A stretch of DNA of 63,548 nucleotides, the filler included, from an uncultured bacterium (GTDB lineage: Bacteria; DYJV01), in NCBI GenBank assembly GCA_964543655.1. It is 4 parts of 4 records of this genome, joined end to end, with 100 filler letters (N's around TTAATTAATTAA, not from the genome) between each part and the next. Parts side by side here need not be neighbours in the genome. Positions count along the whole stretch, not along the records: positions 25,343 to 44,702 come from CAZIZE010000065.1; 3 more parts are not named here. The stretch is one strand, 5' to 3'. A program made the position numbers and the translations under genes. Of this stretch, positions 30,906 to 40,883 are shown piece by piece. Within the stretch, counting starts at the first letter, position 1; each line of letters begins with the position of its first letter. Below the pieces are notes generated by a model. It searched no databases, was not told the origin of the DNA, and saw nothing but the letters and a program-made list of their open reading frames with translations.

Positions 30906-32108
30906 TCATTGGTATCTTAGTGCTGATGAAGGTTCTATCTTTGAAGCCTTATATGCAGGATAAAGTCCAAATAGAATAGAGATGAGAAAAGTGGATACTA
31001 TGCCACAAACAGAATAAAAAATCGGAAAAGGTGCTGATAATTTATAAATCTGATTTATTAGCATATATGCTAATAATCCAAAAAGTAGCCCAAATAATGA
31101 GCTGAAAAAAGCAATTGAAAAGGATTTTGCAATATACTCTAAAAAAATATTTAACTTTGTGGCACCAATTGCTCTTTTTATCCCTATTTCTCTACTTTCC
31201 TTAATGCCTAATATTAACATTACAGCCATAACTCCTATTCCACCAACAAGAAGTGTAATGCTTGAGACAATTAAAGTGGTAATTACCATAAGATTCCCTA
31301 TTTTTTGTTGTTTTTTAATGTAATAATCCATGCTTCTCACTGTAAACTCAACAGGTTTTAATGGATTTTTCAGGTTGTTTTCAAGAAATTTTAAAATAAA
31401 ATTTGCGCTTCTTTTTACTTCTGTTATAAAATTTAATTTGTATGGTTTTATATATATGGTATCGTAATAATCTATATTTTTAATATGCTCTGTAAAAAAA
31501 TTTATTGGTAAAATCACTATTTTATCTTTGTCTCTCCCTGTACTGCTTGCACCTGTTTCACCTAAAATACCAGCAATAGAAAAATATCTATTTGCTATTA
31601 AAATCTTTTTGCCAATAATATTAATATTTTTATTAAATAACTCTTTAAAAATAGTATAACCAATAAAACACCCTTTAATATTTTTATTAAATTTTTTTCC
31701 ATAAACTATTTTGTAATTCATAATATTGAGATAAGATGAGGTTGAGCCTATAATTTCCACATTATTAACAGACATTCTACCATATTTTACATTGCTTGTG
31801 AAAAATTTTGAGGGAACTGCTTTTACAGAATATAGAATATTTGAATTTAAAAAAGTCAATTCTCGCTGCTTTAAAACAGGATAAATTCCACCTAAATTTC
31901 GATGAATAGGTGTGGCTTTGGCTGATTCTGGATAAACAAACACCAAGTTGATACCCTGTTTTTCAATTTCATTGAATAATTTTATTTTATTTGCAATACC
32001 AAGGTATCCCATTGATATTAATGATGTTATTCCTATTATTAAACCTATAATCGCTAAAATGTATTGTGTGAAATTTCTAATAATTCCTTTAAATAAAAAT
32101 TCAAGCAT
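30906..32108 (-). CDS. ABC transporter permease (MacB/FtsX family)
   Basis: LLVGGIGVM, EIGIKRAIGA and FGLYPAYKA motifs. Confidence 0.9.
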   Translation of the reverse strand: MLEFLFKGIIRNFTQYILAIIGLIIGITSLISMGYLGIANKIKLFNEIEKQGINLVFVYPESAKATPIHRNLGGIYPVLKQRELTFLNSNILYSVKAVPSKFFTSNVKYGRMSVNNVEIIGSTSSYLNIMNYKIVYGKKFNKNIKGCFIGYTIFKELFNKNINIIGKKILIANRYFSIAGILGETGASSTGRDKDKIVILPINFFTEHIKNIDYYDTIYIKPYKLNFITEVKRSANFILKFLENNLKNPLKPVEFTVRSMDYYIKKQQKIGNLMVITTLIVSSITLLVGGIGVMAVMLILGIKESREIGIKRAIGATKLNIFLEYIAKSFSIAFFSSLFGLLFGLLAYMLINQIYKLSAPFPIFYSVCGIVSTFLISILFGLYPAYKASKIEPSSALRYQ

Positions 32109-33303
32109 TTATCACCTTTACAGGATCAACTTTTGATGCTTTGAAAGCTGGAATGAAACCAAAAATCATTCCTACAACAATTCCAAATATAATTGTTACA
32201 AGAAATGGCTCAAAGGTAATTAAAATTTTCATTTGAAATTTTTTTGACAGAATATTTAAAGTTATTATTGAAGTAATTAAGCCAAGAAATGCACCAAAAA
32301 GTGATGTAAAAATAGATTCCATAAGAAATTGTTTGATAATATTGCCTCTTGTGGCTCCACATGCCCTTCTGATACCTATTTCTTTCATTCTTCTAAAAAC
32401 AGTTGTTAACATAATGTTTAAAATAGTTAACCCACTTACAATAAATGAAATAATTGATATGCCAATTAGCAATTTGCTTAACTGATCTGTTGAACGATTA
32501 ACAAAATTTATAATATCTTTTGAGGTTATAATTCTAAAATCATCAATTTCACCCTTTTTAAGATTGTGTCTTTTTCGCAAAATTTTTTCAATATATGATA
32601 CATATTTTTCAATATTTTTAGTGTTGTTTACCACCACTTTCATACCAAGTATATAATCGTAATGGAAGAGAATATCATTATACGTTGAAAGTGGAATAAA
32701 TACCCTTCTATCAATGTCAAATCTTTTTGAGCTACCCTTTGGTTTGTAAACTCCTATAATTTTAAAATATAGATTTTTAATCCTTATAAATTTCCCAACC
32801 TGATTCATATTTTTAGTTTTAAAAAGATTAGTAACAGTAGTTTTGCCAATAACACAGACTTTTGCTTTGGTTTTAATATCTTTTAAATTTAAAAATCTAC
32901 CATACATAATTGGATAATTGTGTAAGGTGGAAAATTGTGGATATGCACCAAACAGGTCAACATTGTAATAACTATCTCTGTAATTAGCTCGAATACTAAA
33001 TTTTCTACTAAATGGTGAAACCCCTTTTACAAAATCAGCTCTTGCAATTTCAAAAGCATCTGATAATTTTAGAGTGGTAGTTTTATACCGTTGGTGAGCA
33101 AACAATTTTCCTGGTCCTGCAAGAATAAGAATAGAATCATAGCCAAAGCCAAAGTTTTTTAAAACATTTATAATTTCATTTTTAGTGCCATTGCTGATTA
33201 TTATAATAGAAGAAAGCCCAAAGGTGCTGATAAAAACACCAATAATCATTAAAAAAGTAAGGCTTTTATTTAAGGAAAAACTTTTAAAAATCTCTTTAAG
33301 CAT
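32101..33303 (-). CDS. ABC transporter permease (MacB/FtsX family)
   Basis: EIGIRRACGA and FGFIPAFKASKVDP motifs. Confidence 0.9.
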   Translation of the reverse strand: MLKEIFKSFSLNKSLTFLMIIGVFISTFGLSSIIIISNGTKNEIINVLKNFGFGYDSILILAGPGKLFAHQRYKTTTLKLSDAFEIARADFVKGVSPFSRKFSIRANYRDSYYNVDLFGAYPQFSTLHNYPIMYGRFLNLKDIKTKAKVCVIGKTTVTNLFKTKNMNQVGKFIRIKNLYFKIIGVYKPKGSSKRFDIDRRVFIPLSTYNDILFHYDYILGMKVVVNNTKNIEKYVSYIEKILRKRHNLKKGEIDDFRIITSKDIINFVNRSTDQLSKLLIGISIISFIVSGLTILNIMLTTVFRRMKEIGIRRACGATRGNIIKQFLMESIFTSLFGAFLGLITSIITLNILSKKFQMKILITFEPFLVTIIFGIVVGMIFGFIPAFKASKVDPVKVINA

Positions 33304-33308
33304 TAAAA

Positions 33309-34247
33309 TTACTTATCATCTTTGAAAAATTTTTTAAAAATATCTTTTACAGAAAGAATTTCATCAATCCTCCATGCATCTTTTCCTGCAAAAAAAAGAC
33401 CTTTCTCAAGATTTCCTTCACGAGCATAATTTAGAGCTTCAAAAATACAAAATTTTTTAGAGCATGCCTTTAAACATCCATCGCATTTTTCTGGCTTTGG
33501 TGGATTGCCATTTAAAATAAGCTCAGAGAATTTTGTCTTAATTGCATTAGCAGGTAGTCCAACAGCACTCATAATAGTAACAATGTCTCCTTTTTTTGCT
33601 TTTACAACAAGGTCTTTAAAACTTTGGGCAACATTAGACTCTATTGACGCAAGAAATCTTGACCCAACCTGAACTCCATCAACTCCAAGCTGAAACATCT
33701 TTTTCATATCTTCTCTATCTATAATTCCACCTGCACCAATTACAGGAATTGAAAGAGCTTTTTTTATCTCCCTGATTATCTCCCAGCTATCTTTGTCTGT
33801 GCCAATATGCCCACCTGCATTTCCACCTTCCACTATAACAGCAGCAGCTCCTAATTTTTCTGATATTTTTGCAAGCTTGAGTGATGAAACTATAGGAACA
33901 AATGGTATATTTTCCCTTTTGCAAATACCAAAAATATCCCTTGAAAAACCAGCACCAGATATTATAAGGTCAATTTTAGCTTCAATAGAGGCTCTAACAA
34001 CTTCAATAAAATTTTTCACTGCAAACATTATATTCACACCAATAATACCTTTAGTCATTTCCTTAGCTTTTAAAATTTCTTTTTTTAATTCTTCACCTGA
34101 TATAGCGCTACCTGCAATTACACCAATACCACCTTCATTAGCCACAGCAGATGCGAGCTTTGCCATAGAGACCTTAACCGCCATTCCACCCTGAATAATA
34201 GGGTATTTGGGAATTAAATTGCCAATTTTTAATTGTGGTAACTTCAT
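33309..34247 (-). CDS. Nitronate monooxygenase / FabK-like FMN oxidoreductase
   Basis: PIIQGGM, EGGNAGGH, GAGGI and GVQVGSRF motifs. Confidence 0.88.
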   Translation of the reverse strand: MKLPQLKIGNLIPKYPIIQGGMAVKVSMAKLASAVANEGGIGVIAGSAISGEELKKEILKAKEMTKGIIGVNIMFAVKNFIEVVRASIEAKIDLIISGAGFSRDIFGICKRENIPFVPIVSSLKLAKISEKLGAAAVIVEGGNAGGHIGTDKDSWEIIREIKKALSIPVIGAGGIIDREDMKKMFQLGVDGVQVGSRFLASIESNVAQSFKDLVVKAKKGDIVTIMSAVGLPANAIKTKFSELILNGNPPKPEKCDGCLKACSKKFCIFEALNYAREGNLEKGLFFAGKDAWRIDEILSVKDIFKKFFKDDK

Positions 34248-34370
34248 ACCAAATTCCTTTCAATATTTAGTGAAATTATATTTACCAAGAATAAAAAATA
34301 AGTCAAGCTTAAAAAAATATATAATGAAGACCTTTGCACAATAAAAAGTAGCAAAATTTTATAAAAAAAT

Positions 34371-34405
34371 TAGTAGGTAGTATGTAGTGGGTAGTTAGTA
34401 GTAGG
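34371..34405 (+). repeat. Heptamer tandem array TAGTNNG x5
   Basis: TAGTAGG TAGTATG TAGTGGG TAGTTAG TAGTAGG. Confidence 0.8.
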
Positions 34406-34442
34406 AACAATTTGGGATATAGGATTTAGTGATTAGGATTTG

Positions 34443-34470
34443 CTAGGGGCAATTCATGAATTGCCCTTAC
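34443..34470. repeat. GTAG-family REP palindrome
   Basis: CTAGGGGCAATTCATGAATTGCCCTTAC; other copies at 17106 and 44357. Confidence 0.8.
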
Positions 34471-34599
34471 AGGATAGTTAATGAAAAATGGATTCTGCCT
34501 TTTAAGCAAAGCAAAGGGAAAAAATCCATTATAACTGCCTGTTTTTCCATATATTTATTTTTTTGTGCAGAGGTCTTTATTAATAAAAAATTTGCCCTA

Positions 34600-35013
34600 T
34601 TACAAATATATATTTTTGGACAGATGATTTTCACCTAACTTATCTATTTTTTTACTGAAATCATTCATAGTGTCAGCAAATTTTGGCCCTTCAGAAGCAG
34701 AAATCCATGAGAGCCTCAATCTATCTTTTTTTATACCAATTGATTGAAGCAAGGTTTTTGTGAGTGCTATTTTCCTCCTTTCGTAATAATTACCTTTCTG
34801 ATAATGGCAATCTCCTGGATGACATCCACCAACAAAAACACCATCAGCACCATCAATAAGAGCTTTTATAATAAAAACTGGATCAACTCTGCTTGAGCAC
34901 ATAGTCCTGATAATTCGAATATTGTCGCTATACTGTAATCTACTTGTGCCTGCAAGATCAGCTGCTGTAAAAGTACACCAATTGCAGAGAAAAGAAACAA
35001 TTTTTTTACTCAT
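34600..35013 (-). CDS. mvhD: Hydrogenase iron-sulfur subunit MvhD/FlpD
   Basis: FLCNWC, MCSSRV, GCHPGDCHY and WISASEG motifs. Confidence 0.93.
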   Translation of the reverse strand: MSKKIVSFLCNWCTFTAADLAGTSRLQYSDNIRIIRTMCSSRVDPVFIIKALIDGADGVFVGGCHPGDCHYQKGNYYERRKIALTKTLLQSIGIKKDRLRLSWISASEGPKFADTMNDFSKKIDKLGENHLSKNIYL

Positions 35014-35045
35014 AATTAACTCCTTAAAATTTAACGTATTTGAGT

Positions 35046-37013
35046 TTAAACTGCCAATGCTTCTATTTCAGCAAAAATTTCATCATTATTAAAATGTTTT
35101 ACAGTAACAGCTTTGCTTGGGCATGTAGCTGCACATAAGCCACACCCTTTGCAAACAGCGGTATTTACCTCGCAAATCCCCTTTGCGCTGTTAAAATCAA
35201 TAGCACCATACATACAAATATCCATACACTGCTTGCAACCAACACATAATTGAGGATTTATATATGAAGTGGTTGCTTCCATTTCCACCTTGCCCCTCAT
35301 CATTAGAGATAGTGCTTCTGCTGCTGCACCACTTGCTTGAGCTACTGTATCAGGAATATCTTTTGGTCCCTGACAGCATCCAGCAAGAAACACTCCATCA
35401 GTAGGAGTGGAAACAGGAGCAAGTTTTGGATGAAGCTCATTGAACCAACCATCAAGATCCTGACTAATTCCAAGCATTCTTGCTATTTCATCAGCACCAT
35501 CTGCTGGCTGTAATCCTACACTTAAAATCACCATATCAACAGGCACTCTAATCCGCTCTTTAGTTAAGGTGTCCTCTGCAATTACAATAAGTTTACCTTT
35601 TTCTTCTGGAGAATCAGCTTTATCTGTAACTTTGGCAACATTGCCTCTAATAAATATTGTACCTTCTTCTTGAACTCTATTGTAAAACTCTTCGTAATTT
35701 TTACCAAATGCTCTAACATCTATGTAAAAGTTGTAAACATCAGCACCTGTTTTCTCTCTAATTAAATGAGCATATTTAAGTGAGTACATACAGCAAACCC
35801 TTGAGCAATATTTATTAAAATTTTTATCCCTTGACCCAACACAATGAATAATTGCTACACTTTCAGGCTTGTTGCCATTTTTCATTAAGATTTTGCCACT
35901 TGTAGGCCCGGCTGCATTGTTTAGCCTTTCAAATTGTAAACTTGTATAAACTTCATCATACACTCCATAGCCAAACCTTTTAACAACTGATGGGTCAAAT
36001 AGTTTAAAACCAGTGGCAGCTATAATTGTACCAACCTCAAGCTCAATAAATTCCTCTTTTTGCTCAAAATCTATTGCATTTGCTTCACAAAATTTTTCAC
36101 ATAACCTACATTTACCTTTAGTAAGAAAACGACAATGCTCTGCATCAATTACAGGCACATTTGGAACAGCCTGAGGGAATGGAGTGTAGATAGCTTTTCT
36201 ATTAGATAGCCCTTCTTCAAATTCAGAAATAACTTTTGTTGGGCATTTTTCCATACACATACCACAACCTGTGCATTTATCCATATTAACATATCTTGGT
36301 TTTTTCCTAACTTTAACTTTGAAATTTCCAACAAAACCATCTACTTCAACAACTTCACTGTATGTTAACAGCTCTATATTTTCATGCTGACCAACAGAAA
36401 CCATTTTTGGTGTCATAATACATGCTGCACAATCAAGAGTGGGGAATGTTTTGTCAAATTTTGCCATGTGCCCACCAATAGAAGGCTCCCTTTCAACAAT
36501 GTAAACTTTTCTTCCAGCATCAGCTATTTCAAGTGCAGCCTGCATACCTGCAATGCCGCCACCAATAACAAGAGCTGTTTGATTAATTTCCACAATTCTT
36601 GGAGCAAGTGGCTCATGGTGGGTAACTCTATTAACAGCAGCTTTAACAAGATCTATTGCTCTCTCTGTTGCAGATTTTTCATCTGCTGTAACCCAACTTG
36701 ATTGTTCTCTAATTGAAGCCATCTGAAAATAGTAAGGATTGATTCCTCCTTTTTTACAAGCATTTCTAAATGTTTTTTCATGCATTCGTGGAGAGCATGA
36801 TGCAACAACAACCCTGTTTAAATTAAATTCTTTAATATCATTTATAATTAATTCCTGACCAGGATTGGAGCACATAAATTTGTAATCTCTACTAATAACA
36901 ACATTGTCAAGTGCTTTGGCAAAATCTCTAACTTTTTCTACATCAACTTTTGAGGCTATGTTGCTTCCACAGTGACAAATATAAACACCTATTCGAGGAA
37001 TTTCTCGTCTCAT
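35046..37013 (-). CDS. hdrA: Heterodisulfide reductase subunit A
   Basis: GVYICHCG, GGGIAG, FPTLDCAAC, CVGSRD..YCSRVCC; two ferredoxin modules. Confidence 0.95.
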   Translation of the reverse strand: MRREIPRIGVYICHCGSNIASKVDVEKVRDFAKALDNVVISRDYKFMCSNPGQELIINDIKEFNLNRVVVASCSPRMHEKTFRNACKKGGINPYYFQMASIREQSSWVTADEKSATERAIDLVKAAVNRVTHHEPLAPRIVEINQTALVIGGGIAGMQAALEIADAGRKVYIVEREPSIGGHMAKFDKTFPTLDCAACIMTPKMVSVGQHENIELLTYSEVVEVDGFVGNFKVKVRKKPRYVNMDKCTGCGMCMEKCPTKVISEFEEGLSNRKAIYTPFPQAVPNVPVIDAEHCRFLTKGKCRLCEKFCEANAIDFEQKEEFIELEVGTIIAATGFKLFDPSVVKRFGYGVYDEVYTSLQFERLNNAAGPTSGKILMKNGNKPESVAIIHCVGSRDKNFNKYCSRVCCMYSLKYAHLIREKTGADVYNFYIDVRAFGKNYEEFYNRVQEEGTIFIRGNVAKVTDKADSPEEKGKLIVIAEDTLTKERIRVPVDMVILSVGLQPADGADEIARMLGISQDLDGWFNELHPKLAPVSTPTDGVFLAGCCQGPKDIPDTVAQASGAAAEALSLMMRGKVEMEATTSYINPQLCVGCKQCMDICMYGAIDFNSAKGICEVNTAVCKGCGLCAATCPSKAVTVKHFNNDEIFAEIEALAV

Positions 37014-37024
37014 TTAGCTCCTCC

Positions 37025-38167
37025 TTAACTATTTATTGCTTCAGATAATAATTCTGCAATGTCTTTAACTGTTATTTTCCCTTCAAATCCTGTAGTTTTT
37101 ACTGAATCTTCAAACATATTAACACAGTATGGACAGCATGTGGCAATTATTTCAGCTTCTTTATCCCCGGCTTCTTTGGCTTTTAGATCAGAGAATCTTT
37201 TGCCAGCCTCTGTTTCCATCCACATTCTGCCACCACCTGCACCACAGCATAGGCTAAACTCTCTATTTTCATCATACTCAACAAATTCATTTGCTAATGA
37301 ATTTATTAATTCCCTTGGTTCATTATATAATTGTGCATGTCTTCCCATATAACATGGCTCATGGTAAATGATTTTCTCATTAAATTTATTGTTAATTTTT
37401 AATCTGCCCTCTTTTATTAAATTTAAAATAATTTCAGAGTAGTGATATACCTCAACTCCTTCAAGATTGTAATCTTCTTTAAAAGCAACAAGACAATGAG
37501 GTGAAGTGGTAATTATTTTTTTAACTCCTCTATCCTTAAATAGTGATTCATTTGACTCTTTTAATATTTCAAATTCAGACAAAGCACCTGCTTTTTTAAT
37601 AGCCTGACCACAGCATTTTTCATCATTACCAATAACCCCATATGATAAATTAGCTTTATTGAATATATTTACAATAGCCTTTGCTATTTTTACCCCTCTT
37701 GGATCATAACAGGATGTACAACAAACAAATAATAGATATTCCTTTGATTCATCGTATTCAGGCAGATCTAAATCTTCTGCCCATTTAAACCTATCCTCTT
37801 TTGCTCCTGACCAGGGATTGCCATTTGCATGAACACTTCCTGTAACTGCTTTTAAGCTTCCTGGTAATCCTCCATATTCAGCAATGGTAGTTCTCATTGC
37901 TTCTATTATATCAATTATTTTAATATTTCTTGGGCAGTTATCCACGCATAATTTACAGGTAGTACATGCAAAAAGTATATCATCAGTTTCATAACCTTCC
38001 ATTCCAAGCTGTCCCATTCTAATCAGAACTCGTGTTAAAAATGGAGAATCAACCTTTCCCCATGGGCATATACCAGAGCATAACCCACACTGCATACACT
38101 GATTGAGGTCTACTCCACCTGTCTCCCTAATCATTTCGTTTACTTCAAGCATAGGAGCAAAGGTCAT
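37025..38167 (-). CDS. Fe-S oxidoreductase with two 4Fe-4S motifs and CCG domains (HdrD/BamD-like)
   Basis: CxxCxxCxxxCP twice; CCG motifs; HEPC and CCPYC. Confidence 0.85.
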   Translation of the reverse strand: MTFAPMLEVNEMIRETGGVDLNQCMQCGLCSGICPWGKVDSPFLTRVLIRMGQLGMEGYETDDILFACTTCKLCVDNCPRNIKIIDIIEAMRTTIAEYGGLPGSLKAVTGSVHANGNPWSGAKEDRFKWAEDLDLPEYDESKEYLLFVCCTSCYDPRGVKIAKAIVNIFNKANLSYGVIGNDEKCCGQAIKKAGALSEFEILKESNESLFKDRGVKKIITTSPHCLVAFKEDYNLEGVEVYHYSEIILNLIKEGRLKINNKFNEKIIYHEPCYMGRHAQLYNEPRELINSLANEFVEYDENREFSLCCGAGGGRMWMETEAGKRFSDLKAKEAGDKEAEIIATCCPYCVNMFEDSVKTTGFEGKITVKDIAELLSEAINS

Positions 38168-38190
38168 TGTAAACTCCTTTCTTTTATATT

Positions 38191-39234
38191 TTAATCTTCA
38201 ATCTCTTGAAATTCATTTTCTTTAAATGTGAGCAATGGTAGAGGCTCTTCTCTGTTAATTCCAGGTATGTAATTAAATGTATTTTGAATATTTGTCCCCA
38301 TATATTTGAAAAATTGTGATACTTTAATATTAACAGGACAAACATCTTCACACATTCCACATCCAACACATGAAGTTGCCATATGTGTAACCCTGCCAAT
38401 GTGAAACATAACTCTATCTAATGGCAGCCTGAGAGCATTTTTGTAATCAACTTTCCTTTTTATAGAATCAGGATAATATTTAAAAGTATCAGATTCAAAA
38501 TAACATTGCCTACAATAGCAGATAGGGCATGAGTGGCTGCAGGCATGGCAACCTATGCATTTGTCAAAATATTCTACAATTTTATCATCTGATTTAAAGA
38601 AGTTTTTATACTCTTTTAGCAAATTTTCTCTGTTGGTTTCTCTGATTTTTTTTATTTTTTCATAATTATCATCTGGCTCAAAACTGGTTTTATAATCTAT
38701 ATTAGCAGATTTAAGAAACTCTTCTCCTTTTGCAGTTAACGCTACAAAAGATTTATCAAACAGGTTTATTGTAATATCAGCACCTTCACCAGAGAAATTA
38801 ATGCAAGATTTGCAAACTTCTCTGATGTTATCGTAAAGGTTACCATTTATGAAATTTTCAATAAACTTCTCTGAATCATTGAAGCTGTTTCCCTCTTTAA
38901 ATTCAAGAACTCCAGGACATGTATAGGACAATAAAATAGAATTGTCCAGATCAACTTGATTTAATTTTTTTAATTCAACAGATGCCCTAATTTCACAGGG
39001 TTTCATTAAGAATAATATTTTTGTCCTATTATCATTCTCTCTGGTAATAGCAGAATGGACTTTTGCACCATTTATCTTCATAACTGGTTGAAAAGGAGAT
39101 ATATTGTGAATCTGTTCAAAATTTGTATAATAAACATACGAGTATCCACTATCAATTTCACTCATAATTAAAGCGCCATCAATAGAGCCATTTGAGAAAC
39201 TTTTTTCAAGTAAATTGTTTAATGCCTCTTGCAT
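38191..39234 (-). CDS. FrhB/FdhB-like 4Fe-4S dicluster protein
   Basis: MKPCE; CIGCHACSHSCPICYCRQC; CVGCGMCEDVCP. Confidence 0.8.
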   Translation of the reverse strand: MQEALNNLLEKSFSNGSIDGALIMSEIDSGYSYVYYTNFEQIHNISPFQPVMKINGAKVHSAITRENDNRTKILFLMKPCEIRASVELKKLNQVDLDNSILLSYTCPGVLEFKEGNSFNDSEKFIENFINGNLYDNIREVCKSCINFSGEGADITINLFDKSFVALTAKGEEFLKSANIDYKTSFEPDDNYEKIKKIRETNRENLLKEYKNFFKSDDKIVEYFDKCIGCHACSHSCPICYCRQCYFESDTFKYYPDSIKRKVDYKNALRLPLDRVMFHIGRVTHMATSCVGCGMCEDVCPVNIKVSQFFKYMGTNIQNTFNYIPGINREEPLPLLTFKENEFQEIED

Positions 39235-39248
39235 TGGAGAACTCCTTT

Positions 39249-40256
39249 TTATCTTTTTTCTAAATATGGCTGTTCAAAGCTGTGTAATTCATCATGCTCA
39301 TAGCATGTAAATGGAATTTTTTCTGCAATATCTCTTCCAGGTTGATAGTTGAATAATTTTTTAAGCTCATCACCTGCTGAGGCAAACATCTGTGAAACTG
39401 GAATCTCAGCTGGACATGCATCTTCGCATGCACCACAACCAACACAGCTTACACTCATATGATTCATTCTTCCAAGATGAAAGAGCAGCTTGTTTTCAGG
39501 AAAAGAGAGTCCAGACATTCTATTTGCTCTTAAAGTATATGTAACAGAGTTGCCAGATAAAGCAGGAGAATCAAAGAAGCATTCTTGACAGAAGCATATT
39601 GGACACACTCTCATACAGTTTTTGCAAACAATGCAATTTTTTAATAGATTTTGAAAATTTGATTTTATTTCAAGTAATTTGTTTTCCCTTTTCTTTATAT
39701 TTTCATCTAATTTTTCTTTAATAAAGTTTTCTCTGCTCTCTTTATTATATTCAACTTGCTCAAGGTTAAGTGAGGATAACTCAATATCTGTAGCTATTAC
39801 TGGGCTTTCAATGCCAATGGAAAATATTTTAATATCAGCATAGTCAGGTGTAAAACCTGTACATATTTCACATATTTCCCTTTTGCTGTTAATATCTTTA
39901 AGAGAGTTTACCCCATTACAATCAAAGCTAATTGTAATAATATTTTCAGGGTTAACCTGGTTTAATTTAATTAACTCTCTAAAAGCTATTACTTCGCAGG
40001 GTTTCATAACAGCAGCAACTTTGAAAGGGATGGCTCCTTTTGCTGTTAACTGTGATAAAGCTCTTGCTGAATTTATGCTCATAATAGGGGATTGGGGCTC
40101 ACAATTTTTTAAAAGCTCAATATCTTTTATTAAAAAAGGAGAAAAGGAATTTTCAGTAAGCCCTCTCATTGGCACCACAACAGCATCAACAATGTTATTT
40201 TTCATGAGAGATATTAGAAATTCTTTAAAATCCCCTAATTTGTAATAAAGTGTCAT
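39249..40256 (-). CDS. FrhB/FdhB-like 4Fe-4S dicluster protein (paralog)
   Basis: MKPCE; CIVCKNCMRVCPICFCQEC; CVGCGACEDACP. Confidence 0.8.
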   Translation of the reverse strand: MTLYYKLGDFKEFLISLMKNNIVDAVVVPMRGLTENSFSPFLIKDIELLKNCEPQSPIMSINSARALSQLTAKGAIPFKVAAVMKPCEVIAFRELIKLNQVNPENIITISFDCNGVNSLKDINSKREICEICTGFTPDYADIKIFSIGIESPVIATDIELSSLNLEQVEYNKESRENFIKEKLDENIKKRENKLLEIKSNFQNLLKNCIVCKNCMRVCPICFCQECFFDSPALSGNSVTYTLRANRMSGLSFPENKLLFHLGRMNHMSVSCVGCGACEDACPAEIPVSQMFASAGDELKKLFNYQPGRDIAEKIPFTCYEHDELHSFEQPYLEKR

Positions 40257-40268
40257 GGTTAACTCCTT

Positions 40269-40679
40269 TTATTGGGATATTTTATGTGGTCCTAATTTTT
40301 TTATATGCTCATTAAACTCTTCTGCTGTATCAACAAGCCTTTTTCCTTCTGAATGACCAACCCATCTTAACCAGATTCTATTTTCATCAAATCCAAAATT
40401 TTTTAAAATAGTTTTAAGAGCTGCAAAACGTCTTCTGGCATAATAGTTACCAACATCGTAATGACAATCACCAGGGTGACAACCACTAATTATAATACCA
40501 TCTGCTCCTTCAAGAAATGCTCTTAAAATATAGGCAGGATCAAGTCCACCTGTACACCAGATCCTGAAAGGCTTTATATTTTCAGGATATTTCAGGTTAA
40601 ATGCAGAAGCTGTCTCTGCTCCACCAGATCCACACCATGAGCACATAATATATACAATTTTGGGTTCCCAGCTTTCCAT
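40269..40679 (-). CDS. mvhD: Second, divergent MvhD/FlpD subunit
   Basis: WEPKIV..MCSWC, WCTG and GCHPGDCHY motifs. Confidence 0.88.
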   Translation of the reverse strand: MESWEPKIVYIMCSWCGSGGAETASAFNLKYPENIKPFRIWCTGGLDPAYILRAFLEGADGIIISGCHPGDCHYDVGNYYARRRFAALKTILKNFGFDENRIWLRWVGHSEGKRLVDTAEEFNEHIKKLGPHKISQ

Positions 40680-40697
40680 AATTACCCCCTTTTATTT

Positions 40698-40753
40698 AGT
40701 TCAAAGTTGTTGGTTCAATATTCAACATTAACCACCAACTACCAACCACTAAT
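40698..40753 (+). repeat. Degenerate heptamer arrays
   Basis: AGTTCAA AGTTGTT GGTTCAA TATTCAA CATTAAC CACCAAC TACCAAC CACTAAT. Confidence 0.6.
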
Positions 40754-40854
40754 ACAGGTTTACGGTTCAACGTTCATAGTTTAACAATAGAAAACACTTT
40801 AATAGCAACATGCCAAGAAATTACAAATGTCATTTCAAGTAGAAAATTGTATAA
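40749..40854 (+). repeat. 106-bp dispersed non-coding repeat, copy 1
   Basis: About 81% identical to 61094-61200 by manual alignment. Confidence 0.85.
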
Positions 40855-40883
40855 TATCTAAAAAATCCACACTCTTTATACAT

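Larger units (their letters stand above)
34327..34577. mobile_element. MITE-like composite element, family 1 (about 250 bp)
   Basis: TIRs AAGACCTTTGCACA / TGTGCAGAGGTCTT (13/14); contains heptamer arrays, a REP and segments shared with 44037-44238. Confidence 0.75.
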
